Notes: generated from the sequence alone by a model not told the origin. A stretch of DNA of 52,345 bases from an uncultured Parcubacteria group bacterium (GCA_903911245.1 CAIWCR010000017.1:1-52345); one strand, 5' to 3'; numbered from the stretch's first letter, positions 6,649 through 16,386 are shown. Translations and numbers: made by a program.

Positions 6649-9340
6649 TTTTCGATGTCTTTTTAGTCGGCTTCATCTTTTCAAAAACACAATAGGTTTG
6701 TCCATCATTTTCAAAATAACGAGTAAGTGCGTAACCCTCCTGAAGTAATGAAAAATCGGGCCGGATGCCAGCAGGACATGTCATTGCAGTTATGTTTTCG
6801 CCTAAGTCTTTTTTTAATTTTATATCCCTCACAAGCTCCTCGATATTTAATCCCTTTGAAGAAAATAGTTTTTCTGCGTCGGGAAGTATTTCTATAGAAA
6901 AACCTGATACTCCTTTAAACTCGGACTCTTTTACTGCGATAAATCCTAATTCATTAATATATTTTTTTGCAATCGGTGCCATTGGACTACAATCAGCAAT
7001 AATCGGAACACCAAACGCTTGCTGTTCAAGAAGTGCTTGCTCAACCATGGTTTCTCCTACTTTACCTTGCCAATAAGCCTGACTCGCATTAAAAGATCCT
7101 GCATAAATAGAGTCGAGCGTGCCGTCGTCGCGATATTTATAATCAAATCGACAAAATGCCGCAACCACACCCTGATGTTTCAAAAGATAAAAACGGGTGT
7201 TTTGATTTTCGAGAGAATCATCAAATATTTTTATAAGAGCATCGCTAAATTCCTGCGAAAAGCTAGTACGGTCACGATAGTTTTCGCGATAAATGTGATG
7301 CATCTCATCAATTGTTGCCTTTTGTTTCTTAAGGTCAGGTGCATCAAGTACGTCAAATTGAGCAAGAGCAAGCTCGCGCAAATCAAGAATACGAAAATCC
7401 TGATTTTGATGTAATGCCTTAAACGTACTCGTAAAAAGCATTGCCTCGGCTTTTACAGTATCGAGTTTTTCGAGAAGAGAAGAAATATCAGCATTCGCAT
7501 CAACCTTATCGGCAAACGATTTCAAAAGCTCATTGCCACGATGAAGAAGATTTTGCGCCGCTTGATTGACGAGCTTTTCATCGGGCTTTTTTTCAGATTG
7601 AAAAGTCTCATTCAAATATTCACGCACGCCATCAACGGCGCTTGCGATTTCTGCATATTTTCCGAACAGCTGCTTAGCAATGTCAGGGTCGAGTTTTTCG
7701 GCAAGTTTGATTATCGCTTGCGAATATGTTTTTTCGTCTTCAGTGCAAGCAAGAAACGCCTTCGCGACATCAATTTTGTAGTCTTTGCAATTACTAAGCG
7801 CATCCTGCATTTCTTTCACTTCATCAACCGTGCGGCCATTGATATATTTGAGAAATTGCACCTGCGAAGAAAGAGGAAGTGCTGATATCTCTATTCCAAA
7901 ATCATCTTCAATTACTTTTCGCATATTCAAGCGCATCAAGTACTCATAATTATATGTTACATCTTCCGATGCCCCGCCAGCCGGAAAAAGACGTTGCAGG
8001 TATTCTTCTCGAGTAAGAGATTTTACCTGATCTTTTTCCCCCTCAATGGACTTAATATATTCTTCGTTATTTTGAAGTATATCGTTCTTCGTAGACGATT
8101 GTAATGCTTCTAGGTCTATGCGACTCGTGTCAAAAAAGAATTTTTGTCCGGTCTCTTTTAGTTTTTGTTCAAAAAAGAAAATATCGAGCCATTGCTTTCC
8201 GGGATTATGGCTCCCCTTGCTAAGCTCAATTGATTCCCTTAGGTCATCATAAATATGATCATTAGATGAGTCATTTTGAGCTATAAACTGTTTTTCATCA
8301 ATAGATCTCTTTGTCGCATTAGATGCCTTTAAAATAAAATCGAGCTTTTCACCTTTATACTTTCCCAAATAGCCTGGAGCAATAGGAATCACCATTTCCT
8401 TTATGAGAGTTCCCTTGTTAATGCCATATTGCAAACGAAAATCATATGATTCTTGCATGTGTCGATAGGCATAAATATGCGCATCATCTACTCCTGGTCC
8501 GATGATAAGACTGCCATGCTTAGCTATGTCTTCAAGGAAGACTCCACGCTCGCCAGCGTTGTTTAAGTGTTTTTTAATAAGATAATTTTCGCATATCGGG
8601 GCAATCTTTTTTACAAATTCTTTTGAAAACCGTATTGCAAATCGATCATAAAGACGGCAAGATTCATCGCGGCCTAGATTCATATACGTAAGACCTTCTA
8701 GTGTTGCAATATCAGCACTTAAAAAATCGATTATTTTATGCATTAGTAAGTTGCCTTCTGGAGTATTAACACGCACAAGAGCTTCTATCTTATTTTTGAG
8801 TTCATCAGAAAACGAATCTTCTGTTTTTTCAAGATTTTTGGCAAGTTTTTTCGTAAGCAGGCTCACCTCTAAATATCGCCTAGATTCACTTAGGGCCGCC
8901 AGAAGAGGGAATGAAAGAGGTTTTTCTTGTAATGAGATAATTTTTTCTACGGCGACAATGCGCTTCTCTTTTTCTTCTTGTGTGTCTCCCTGATAAATAA
9001 ATGATACGAGCTTGTTTTCTTTGCTTTGCTCATTATCCCATAGTGCCTCAATAATCAACTCCATATCCGACTCTAAAATTATCTCGTCTGTTTTCTTGTT
9101 ATTAATAACGAGGTCTGCAATTTCATTTATATCAGCTTCTGAAAGCGTATTTTCAATAGACTCTTCTTTTTCTTGTTGATTCTGGATTGCCTTTTCGCGC
9201 CGAACACCCGAAAGACGCACGTTTCGTAATAGTCCTACCAATTCCTTGCGTTTCTGCTCTTCTTCAGCTGACCGATTTTCCACTAAATCAGGCCGTAGTT
9301 CAGCGTTTGAATCCGAAGGCACATTTTTCTCTTTAAACAT
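6629..9340 (-). CDS. Large hypothetical protein (~903 aa) with C-terminal GNAT-like domain
   Basis: Long ORF; RFYLLKHQGVVAAFCRF...GSFNASQAYWQGKVGETMV resembles GNAT motif A. Start placed at ATG 9340, downstream of a promoter. Confidence 0.7.
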   Translation of the reverse strand: MFKEKNVPSDSNAELRPDLVENRSAEEEQKRKELVGLLRNVRLSGVRREKAIQNQQEKEESIENTLSEADINEIADLVINNKKTDEIILESDMELIIEALWDNEQSKENKLVSFIYQGDTQEEKEKRIVAVEKIISLQEKPLSFPLLAALSESRRYLEVSLLTKKLAKNLEKTEDSFSDELKNKIEALVRVNTPEGNLLMHKIIDFLSADIATLEGLTYMNLGRDESCRLYDRFAIRFSKEFVKKIAPICENYLIKKHLNNAGERGVFLEDIAKHGSLIIGPGVDDAHIYAYRHMQESYDFRLQYGINKGTLIKEMVIPIAPGYLGKYKGEKLDFILKASNATKRSIDEKQFIAQNDSSNDHIYDDLRESIELSKGSHNPGKQWLDIFFFEQKLKETGQKFFFDTSRIDLEALQSSTKNDILQNNEEYIKSIEGEKDQVKSLTREEYLQRLFPAGGASEDVTYNYEYLMRLNMRKVIEDDFGIEISALPLSSQVQFLKYINGRTVDEVKEMQDALSNCKDYKIDVAKAFLACTEDEKTYSQAIIKLAEKLDPDIAKQLFGKYAEIASAVDGVREYLNETFQSEKKPDEKLVNQAAQNLLHRGNELLKSFADKVDANADISSLLEKLDTVKAEAMLFTSTFKALHQNQDFRILDLRELALAQFDVLDAPDLKKQKATIDEMHHIYRENYRDRTSFSQEFSDALIKIFDDSLENQNTRFYLLKHQGVVAAFCRFDYKYRDDGTLDSIYAGSFNASQAYWQGKVGETMVEQALLEQQAFGVPIIADCSPMAPIAKKYINELGFIAVKESEFKGVSGFSIEILPDAEKLFSSKGLNIEELVRDIKLKKDLGENITAMTCPAGIRPDFSLLQEGYALTRYFENDGQTYCVFEKMKPTKKTSKTIREVA

Positions 9341-9364
9341 AATAGAATATCTTGATTTAATCTT

Positions 9365-9426
9365 AGCATACCCTCCCGCCAAAGCAGAGTCAAAAACCTT
9401 GACAAATCCTTACTATATGGTAGTAT
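9365..9426. promoter_or_regulatory. Back-to-back divergent sigma70 promoters
   Basis: Plus: TTGACA(9399)-16-TAGTAT(9421) with TG. Minus: TTGACT(9393)-17-TATGCT(9370). Confidence 0.65.
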
Positions 9427-9475
9427 TTGGGCAGTAGCGCGAAGGCGCAAAAATTGAAAAAGGAAGGTGAAAACC

Positions 9476-10570
9476 ATGAGACAATTGGTAACATTTCTTT
9501 CGTTGATAGTCATTGCCATGATGGCAATGGTAATTGGAACGATTTCTGGGAGTTTCATCATTGCCTGCGGATCTTTTGCTGGAATTCTCGGATTTTTTAT
9601 CAGTCAGGGACTTGCTGAAATCCCGGCCTCTCCGGCAAATAAAGGAATTTTGATGACTGGCGGGAAACTCGAAAACAAATTGCTTCCTCCAGGATGGTAT
9701 TTTCTTCCACTGCGAAGCAAGTTGTCCTTCGAAATAGTATTGGTTCCCGGAATTGAGGTCGCCCTCCGGTTCCCTGTAGAGATTAGGACTCCAGACAGTC
9801 ACGACATCAATATCCCCTTCTTTATTTACTTCATCGTGGACCCACGCAATCCCAAAGCATTTATTGATGCTGGCGACATGGACGAAGTAAAGAAAAAAAT
9901 CCAAGACCAGATCGAAGAAATTCTTCGGGAATGGATCACGTCACCGAATAAGGGTCCTCAAACATGGCGTGAAGCAAGAAAAGCAACCGAAGAAACGGCA
10001 AACATCATTCTTGAAATGATGTTTCACGCGAACTTCCCGAGAATCTCAGAAGAATTCCCCACGGAAATCCTCTTCAAGTATTTCGACGAAAGATTAACAA
10101 AAGACGATGAGAAAAAATGGGGCGAACGTCTCAATAATCTTAATGAAACAGAAAGAGAAAGATTAAAGATTGTCCTGGTAAAAAGAATCCAGGACATCGA
10201 GGAAATTAAGACGGGAAGACAAAGCCTCAGCCTCTGCCTCGATATGCTTGGGGTGAGAGTAACCCGCATTGGCTTAAGCAATATCGAACCAATTGGAGCA
10301 ACCGCTGATGGCGTCAATAAAGTTGCACTTGCGCAACTTAATGCTGATGCCGCAAAAATAGACGCGGGAAACTTTCAAGAAGAAGTTGGAGATCTCAAAG
10401 AAATTCTTGGCGATGCAAAAGAAGCACGGAAAGCAGCAAGTGTTCGCCGCGGAATCACCAAGGAAGAGATTAAAGAGAGTCAATTTTCTCTGTCGCCAGA
10501 CATGACAAAAGTGGCTGAGGGAGTTGCCCTTGAGCTCATTCGCACGTTTGCGAAGAAGGGAGAAAGATAA
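9476..10570 (+). CDS. SPFH/band-7 domain membrane protein
   Basis: Two N-terminal TM helices, GILMTGGK...LPPGWYFLP, LGVRVTRIGLSNIEP and a coiled C-terminus; SD aaggaagg. Confidence 0.72.
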   Translation: MRQLVTFLSLIVIAMMAMVIGTISGSFIIACGSFAGILGFFISQGLAEIPASPANKGILMTGGKLENKLLPPGWYFLPLRSKLSFEIVLVPGIEVALRFPVEIRTPDSHDINIPFFIYFIVDPRNPKAFIDAGDMDEVKKKIQDQIEEILREWITSPNKGPQTWREARKATEETANIILEMMFHANFPRISEEFPTEILFKYFDERLTKDDEKKWGERLNNLNETERERLKIVLVKRIQDIEEIKTGRQSLSLCLDMLGVRVTRIGLSNIEPIGATADGVNKVALAQLNADAAKIDAGNFQEEVGDLKEILGDAKEARKAASVRRGITKEEIKESQFSLSPDMTKVAEGVALELIRTFAKKGER

Positions 10571-11034
10571 TGGCAACGAAAAATCCGACACCAACCCCAA
10601 AAACACCGCAGCAGTGGATCAAGAAAATTTCGACTTATATATTAATCCTATGCGTTGCGATTTGGACGTATAACTGGGCATATGATCGGATGACGCAGAA
10701 GCCTGCGGCGGCCACCATAAATTATCGTCCGGTGACCGTATGCAGCGATGCATGGGAAAAAGACATGAACTATGAAAGCTTCACCGGAAAATACATTGAC
10801 GTGAAGCTACAAGAAGGCTGCTGGGGGGGGCAAATTACGCTCCCCAAGAAATGGACGCGAAAATGGTATTTCCAGCATATCAACGAAAACCAAAATTCAT
10901 GGATTGCGTTTAGTTGGCCAAATCCATATTCGCCATCAGGCCCCTATAAAGGGTACGTAACGGTAGATCTCACCAACCACCCTATGAAGTTCCGACTTCA
11001 AGGAGAAGGAACTGTTCGGTTTTATGGAGAATAA
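10570..11034 (+). CDS. Membrane-anchored hypothetical protein
   Basis: Coupled by taatg overlap; one N-terminal TM segment and a beta-rich domain with two Cys. Confidence 0.8.
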   Translation: MATKNPTPTPKTPQQWIKKISTYILILCVAIWTYNWAYDRMTQKPAAATINYRPVTVCSDAWEKDMNYESFTGKYIDVKLQEGCWGGQITLPKKWTRKWYFQHINENQNSWIAFSWPNPYSPSGPYKGYVTVDLTNHPMKFRLQGEGTVRFYGE

Positions 11035-11046
11035 TTTCTCCAAGCT

Positions 11047-11083
11047 CCCCGACGCTTTTATAGCGATCGGGGATTTTTATTTT
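11047..11083 (+). terminator. Intrinsic terminator
   Basis: ccccgacgct-tttat-agcgatcgggg followed by atttttatttt. Confidence 0.65.
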
Positions 11084-11092
11084 ATGCTGTGC

Positions 11093-11143
11093 GCCGCGAA
11101 GCTCATAGTTATTACTATGAGCGAAGTGGTGCCCTCGGGAGGA
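11093..11143 (-). repeat. 51-bp exact duplicate of the tRNA-Leu 3' end plus trailer (other copy 11438-11488)
   Basis: gccgcgaagctcatagttattactatgagcgaagtggtgccctcgggagga occurs twice, 345 bp apart. Confidence 0.92.
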
Positions 11144-11471
11144 ATTTCACTGCTCGGCCCCGACAAAGCTCGGCCTGCGCTTTGAAACCCCTCGGTTGAT
11201 GAATTCAATTCATAAATTGGTTCGCTCGGAAAAAATAAATACAAAACACTTATTTTCTCCTCGCTGCCAATTTTCAATTCTTCAGCAATGGACCACCGCC
11301 TGCTCCGTCAGGCGGATATTAATAGATTGTTCTCGGCTTTTGCGAGAATCGGTTTTCCGACCCTTTCCCCGTTCAAATCCCCCCTCGATCTTGCACAAAT
11401 AAAAATCCCTAGGCTGGGGATTTTATTTGTACTGCGTGCCGCGAAGCTCATAGTTATTACTATGAGCGAAG

Positions 11472-11556
11472 TGGTGCCCTCGGGAGGATTTGAACCTCCA
11501 ATCCTTTCGGAATACGGTCCTAAGCCGTACGCGTATACCAATTCCGCCACGAGGGC
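11472..11556 (-). tRNA. tRNA-Leu(UAG), CCA encoded
   Basis: gccctcg acceptor stem, anticodon arm tacgg-ctTAGga-ccgta, long variable arm, ggttcaaatcc T arm, terminal acca. Confidence 0.96.
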
Positions 11557-11669
11557 ATTATCTTTCATGCATCGTCAGTACTATTTCATAATAATGCTAA
11601 TTGGTACATTTGGTAAAGATAAATCAAAAAACCCCTTGCGGGGCTTTCTGAGGTTTTATAAACAAAAGC

Positions 11670-11969
11670 TTATTGGATGGTACCAATATTAGTACCAAGA
11701 AGAGTCGCTACAATTCCAGGGACTGCCTTTGCAATAATGCCAACAGCTATCGCAACACATGCATAGATAAGCATATGTCCGGCCGTCTTTACTTTTTCTG
11801 GATCTCCCGCGGCAAAAAGATATTTAAATGCCGCATAGAGAACAAATATGATTGCCAGAAGAATAAGGAAGTAAAACGCCCAGTTAAAGATGGTAAGAAG
11901 CATTGTTCCTACGCTACCAATGCCGCCATTCAAAATGGACGACGGCGGTGTGATTGGTGGATTATTCAT
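11670..11969 (-). CDS. TrbC/VirB2-like (CPR) pilin
   Basis: Two TM helices around YLFAAGDPEKVKTAGHML. Confidence 0.85.
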   Translation of the reverse strand: MNNPPITPPSSILNGGIGSVGTMLLTIFNWAFYFLILLAIIFVLYAAFKYLFAAGDPEKVKTAGHMLIYACVAIAVGIIAKAVPGIVATLLGTNIGTIQ

Positions 11970-12021
11970 TTTTTCGTTTGGTTTGAAAAATACTTCGACC
12001 TTTCAGAAAGGTTCTTTAATA

Positions 12022-12049
12022 ATTGTACCAGCTTAAAAAACAAGGTCAA
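12022..12049 (-). promoter_or_regulatory. sigma70 promoter for the last pilin gene
   Basis: TTGACC-16-TACAAT with TG extension. Confidence 0.6.
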
Positions 12050-12055
12050 TCAAGA

Positions 12056-12457
12056 CTAGGAAGAACACGCGCCCGTACCTGATGCTCCAAACATACTTCC
12101 GATGACGCCCGGCACCGCCTTTGCAATAAGCGCCACAATAATTCCAACAACCGCATACGTTATCGTCTTTGTAGCCTTCGTCACTTTATCAGAATCATCT
12201 TGCGCCCTCATATAGGTAAAAGCAGCCCATAATACATAGAAGATAGAAACAATCATTAATATATAGAATGCCCAATCAAAGATGGGGCAAAGCACGTTTT
12301 TACCGATGTCATTAAAGGAGGTTAATGATACTCCCGACGCTGCATTCGCGCGAACCGTGGAAAACAATATGGCATTCGATAAAGCCACGGCCACCACTCC
12401 TGTTACTATCTGTATTTCTTTATTAAAACGATAAAGACAATGTATTATTGTTCTCAT
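12056..12457 (-). CDS. TrbC/VirB2-like pilin
   Basis: Signal-like N-terminus; YMRAQDDSDKVTKATKTITYAVVGII. Confidence 0.82.
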   Translation of the reverse strand: MRTIIHCLYRFNKEIQIVTGVVAVALSNAILFSTVRANAASGVSLTSFNDIGKNVLCPIFDWAFYILMIVSIFYVLWAAFTYMRAQDDSDKVTKATKTITYAVVGIIVALIAKAVPGVIGSMFGASGTGACSS

Positions 12458-12547
12458 TTTATTTTTATTTATCTTTTGACTTTTTTTGATTATACCATAA
12501 TAAGCCTCCTAGAAAAAGCGTATTCCTCTAGCAAAATCGCCCCATCA

Positions 12548-12895
12548 TCAAAACATATTACTCAAAAGGCCTGACACGCTATTCGCAAGAAGAATCACCA
12601 CAAAGCCAATGCCGGCATATAATATTGTTTTTCTTCCCGTCGAAACCTTTTCTGGGTCTCCCTCGGAAGTCATCAATAAGAATCCACCCCAAAGAACCAT
12701 GATGGCGCAAAGCGGCGCTGCAAGCATAAGAATGAAATTGATTATCTTTGGAACAACACAGCTCACATTGTCACAGCCAAGAGGGTTTGGAAGTTCAATC
12801 GATCCACCAGAGCCTGCTGCCGCGAAGGAACGAGTATATATACCAAGAACCCCGAAAACAAACAGCCACCAGGATTTTTTAATATTTTTCATCAT
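12548..12895 (-). CDS. TrbC/VirB2-like pilin
   Basis: LPNPLG...LMTSEGDPEKVSTGRKTILYAGIG; start moved to ATG 12895. Confidence 0.87.
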   Translation of the reverse strand: MMKNIKKSWWLFVFGVLGIYTRSFAAAGSGGSIELPNPLGCDNVSCVVPKIINFILMLAAPLCAIMVLWGGFLLMTSEGDPEKVSTGRKTILYAGIGFVVILLANSVSGLLSNMF

Positions 12896-12915
12896 TGTCT
12901 CTATTATATCACAAA

Positions 12916-13497
12916 TTACTGAAATGATTGATTGCAAAAACTCAGAGGAAACGACTTTCCGGAAAGTGAATTGGTCGCATCGTAATAGATACCAGAAGAT
13001 GCCTTCAGCTTGCATGCGTCGGTTGCGTTTATCTGAAGAACACTCAAAAAGTCCTGCTCTGCTGCCTCGCGCCATTTATCAAAAGGAGTTCCTATGATAA
13101 CAAGCCAAAAACTCGAATCGGTGCTCGCATATAGTATCGAATAATTTTGCGTCTGTTTTACAACAATCGATCCCCCTTCGGAAACGTTAGGGTTTGATAA
13201 ATAAAAGTTTTTGATTCCAACACTTCCTTCAGAACTGCCGATGGTGAGTATTGGATCTTTTGGAAACTTCTCCAAAACCTGCGAAGCCGAACCAATAACG
13301 TCAGATGGCGAAGCTGTTCCTGCACTATTTGTCGTGTTCTGATTTGACGTTTCTGTAATAGGAAGATTACCGCCAACCAATGACGTTTCGGTCGTATTGC
13401 TCTTTGAAGATGATTGACCCTTTAGAAGGGTAAAGAAGAGCGCTACTACGACACCAATAGCCAAGATCGCGACCGTAATGATGATTATTTTTTTCAT
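12916..13497 (-). CDS. Membrane-anchored hypothetical protein in the pilin cluster
   Basis: N-terminal TM segment, S/T-rich linker, C-terminal domain with two Cys. Confidence 0.8.
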   Translation of the reverse strand: MKKIIIITVAILAIGVVVALFFTLLKGQSSSKSNTTETSLVGGNLPITETSNQNTTNSAGTASPSDVIGSASQVLEKFPKDPILTIGSSEGSVGIKNFYLSNPNVSEGGSIVVKQTQNYSILYASTDSSFWLVIIGTPFDKWREAAEQDFLSVLQINATDACKLKASSGIYYDATNSLSGKSFPLSFCNQSFQ

Positions 13498-13518
13498 GAT
13501 TGAAAAGCCTTATCTTTT

Positions 13519-14373
13519 TTAATAGCGAGACCAAATATGCAAATGTCCACCAGTTCCATATTTAGTTTGCGCTCCGTTGCAACCTGTATATTCATTAAAT
13601 GAGGTAGCGCCACATTCACTAACAGCAGACTGAAGCGCAGCAACCTGACCACACGTTGCATCCGCGTTTATCGCAGCATCGACACAGCTTCCATTATTAT
13701 GACATTTATCCTGATGAGAACTACTTGGAGGCATTGCCTCGGTTATTATAATGGGAATTTTAGCATTATTCATGACGCCCTGAACGCATTGAAGTGTTGA
13801 TGCCATGCCCTGGGTGGCCTGACAACCGTTTTTACACTCTACCCCAGCAAGAGAAACACAATCTTTCCCCTCCTCACATGTTGCAAGTGGTCCCATAGGA
13901 GTGCCGCCAGTGTCCCATCCGAGCAAAGAAAGAAGAGAAACAATCGGAGAGGTGACGGCCGCAGGATTGGTGGCTGCTTGATTAATTGGTAATGGCGAGA
14001 GCGTCGGCAGTTGGCACTTTGCAAGATCAGGATTAATAGTATTCAAAACAAGATGAGCGCTTGCCAGGAGAACGAGCCCCAAAAGCGCGCCCATAATCCA
14101 ATCTTTTCCATCTGATTGTGCAGAAGGATTCCCTGCAGCAATTGCATATTTCACGCCACCCCAAACAATTGCACCGAACGCAAGAATGCCGCTTATCAAA
14201 AGCGCAAACCAATAAAAGTTAATAACCATGACGCAAGGATTATTCGCCGAGGCGGCTTGGGCCCCAGGAATATCAACGCTGATCACCGTATTCGCGAAAA
14301 CAAGAAAAGGAGTCGCCACACCGACGAGAACACAAAGAAAAGAAATGATTTTTGTCTTGGAAAAAAGATTCAT
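13519..14373 (-). CDS. Pilin fused to a putative M15/Hedgehog-type zinc peptidase domain
   Basis: Pilin motif YAIAAGNPSAQSDGKDWI...LNTINPDL; C-terminal CHNNGSCVD (H-x6-D) and GGHLHI (HxH). Confidence 0.75.
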   Translation of the reverse strand: MNLFSKTKIISFLCVLVGVATPFLVFANTVISVDIPGAQAASANNPCVMVINFYWFALLISGILAFGAIVWGGVKYAIAAGNPSAQSDGKDWIMGALLGLVLLASAHLVLNTINPDLAKCQLPTLSPLPINQAATNPAAVTSPIVSLLSLLGWDTGGTPMGPLATCEEGKDCVSLAGVECKNGCQATQGMASTLQCVQGVMNNAKIPIIITEAMPPSSSHQDKCHNNGSCVDAAINADATCGQVAALQSAVSECGATSFNEYTGCNGAQTKYGTGGHLHIWSRY

Positions 14374-14440
14374 AAAAATTTTATAACTTTGGAAATCAAT
14401 TCTAAAAATATTTTCTATCAATTTGCGTTTATATCACCGT

Positions 14441-14932
14441 TTACCAAAGTTTTCCGTTTGCATCATAATAACCGGGACTACCGCCACCTGACGAAACACT
14501 ACATGTTCCCGTTCCAAATCCACCAACGCTCCCCGATAACCCAAGAGCACCGACAAATGTATTTACAATAAGCCATGCGCCGAGAGTGATGACAACGCCA
14601 AGAAGTGTTTTGGTTAAAACACCCTTCGCCTTACTGATTCCGTCTGGACTACCACGTGAAACCATATACATAATACCTCCCCACGCAAACAAAACCGGTG
14701 CGATAATAAAAACAACAACGGAAATACCAAAATAAATAATATTCTCGATGGTACTAATAAGATCGCACAAACTTGTACAAGGAGGCAATGATCCGTTGGT
14801 ATAATTCCCTGAACACGATAGCAATGGCCCCCAAAATCCTGTCGGCCAAACATTTGGTACGGCAGCTGAGGCGAATGAAGGGAGGGTAATTGCGACGAGA
14901 GCAACGAGATAAAAGATTTTTTTCTTTGTCAT
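14441..14932 (-). CDS. TrbC/VirB2-like pilin
   Basis: Signal peptide, Cys pair, YMVSRGSPDGISKAKGVL. Confidence 0.85.
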   Translation of the reverse strand: MTKKKIFYLVALVAITLPSFASAAVPNVWPTGFWGPLLSCSGNYTNGSLPPCTSLCDLISTIENIIYFGISVVVFIIAPVLFAWGGIMYMVSRGSPDGISKAKGVLTKTLLGVVITLGAWLIVNTFVGALGLSGSVGGFGTGTCSVSSGGGSPGYYDANGKLW

Positions 14933-15031
14933 TTTGATAGTATATTAGATTCTATCTTTGCCATCGCTCTTTGGGATAATAGCGTGGATAGTCCGCCTTC
15001 GCGGACTATGAAAATATATAAGAATATATTT

Positions 15032-16342
15032 TTATCTTACCATAAGCGCGTTTACGGCGCTCTGTGCAATATTCAAAGACTCCTCCGCGCTCACCGAGCC
15101 AGAAAGAGTGTTTTGAATCATAGAGTTGAAAATAGCATCAACCCTTTGACTGTCGGGTTCATGCCACGATCGCGCTGAAAGCGCCTGTGAGGCAAAGATG
15201 GAAAGATTGGGGTTTCCTTCTTCTGCTGCTATCGCAATCCTCTGCGCTGGCGGCTTACCGGTATCCCTTATATACATATTCTCGCCGTCGGCATAGGTCG
15301 TAAGATAAAGAACGAAATCCCATGCTGTTGCCACCTCTCCCTGTTTCGAAACAGCGAGTCCTTGATATTTTGGATAGTTCACCGCAATGGTAGCATCTTT
15401 CGGCTGAGGCATGGCAGCGACACCAATATTCAAGAATGGTGCCTTTGCTTTTATATTAGCGATTGCCGATTGATAATCAAAAATAACTGCGGTCTTCCCC
15501 TGAATAAAGCTCTGGGTAGCATCACCCATCGCATCGTTCCATGTGTAATAGGGTGACGAAGCATTAGCAAACTCAAGATAAAAATTGAAAGCGCTCAAGC
15601 CGGTGCTTGAAAACCGATTTCCATTCGCAAATTGCGCCGAAGAAAAATCACTTGCCATCATTACCGTACCGTTCTGCAACATTAAAAGAGAGAGAATATC
15701 GGGAGCATTCACAATGCTTTTTTCGCTTCCACCAAGAGCAACTGCGGCACGCGTAATCTGTCCCTGTCCATTCAAAACGCGGAGCTTGGGAATATCATTT
15801 TGAAAATCGGTCCACGTTTTCGGCGGCGTTGCGATTCCAGCGGAATCAAAAAAATCACGATTGTAAATCATCGCCAAAGTATCGATTGAAAGCGGGAGTG
15901 CATAAATCTGGTCATCTACGGAAAAATCATTCTGAACGACGCTCGGGAAATAACTTTGCAATTTTGCAACATCAAATTGCGCCGCAAACGTCGATGTCGG
16001 CATATACGCAAGCGTTGATTTCCATCTCGGAAGATCGCGATTCCCTATTTCAAAAACATCGGGGCCGTTTCCAGCAGCGAGCGCGGAAAGAATTTTGCTA
16101 TCATATTCTGCAGGATCTATAAAAGTATATGAAATCGTAACATTCTTGCGATACGTACTATATGACGAAAGAAGATTGTTAAAAATAGCTGGTGATTCCG
16201 TTCCCCATACGGTAAGTGTTACTTTTTGCTGAGATTGCCGCTGCACAATTCCACCGATAGAAAAAAGATAAACAAGACCAAGCGCTGCCACGCCGAGGAC
16301 GGCGATAATAATGATTTGTTTCTGAGTAAATTTTTTGAACAT
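15032..16342 (-). CDS. Extracellular solute-binding protein (sugar ABC family 1)
   Basis: LTVWG, LAAGNGPDVF, IYALPLSIDTLAMIYNRDFF, PPKTW. Confidence 0.88.
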   Translation of the reverse strand: MFKKFTQKQIIIIAVLGVAALGLVYLFSIGGIVQRQSQQKVTLTVWGTESPAIFNNLLSSYSTYRKNVTISYTFIDPAEYDSKILSALAAGNGPDVFEIGNRDLPRWKSTLAYMPTSTFAAQFDVAKLQSYFPSVVQNDFSVDDQIYALPLSIDTLAMIYNRDFFDSAGIATPPKTWTDFQNDIPKLRVLNGQGQITRAAVALGGSEKSIVNAPDILSLLMLQNGTVMMASDFSSAQFANGNRFSSTGLSAFNFYLEFANASSPYYTWNDAMGDATQSFIQGKTAVIFDYQSAIANIKAKAPFLNIGVAAMPQPKDATIAVNYPKYQGLAVSKQGEVATAWDFVLYLTTYADGENMYIRDTGKPPAQRIAIAAEEGNPNLSIFASQALSARSWHEPDSQRVDAIFNSMIQNTLSGSVSAEESLNIAQSAVNALMVR

Positions 16343-16386
16343 AATTTTAATGTCCGATATTTCTTCTCGTCACCAGCCACCCAACT

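Noticed and set aside
557-11143. One genomic island from the recombinase to tRNA-Leu
   Set aside because: The only att-like duplicate is 345 bp from the tRNA; no matching copy was seen near the recombinase.
11077-11692. ORFs 11077-11277, 11288-11692 and 11308-11568
   Set aside because: They overlap the tRNA and its duplicated end; their shared peptide simply reflects the DNA repeat.
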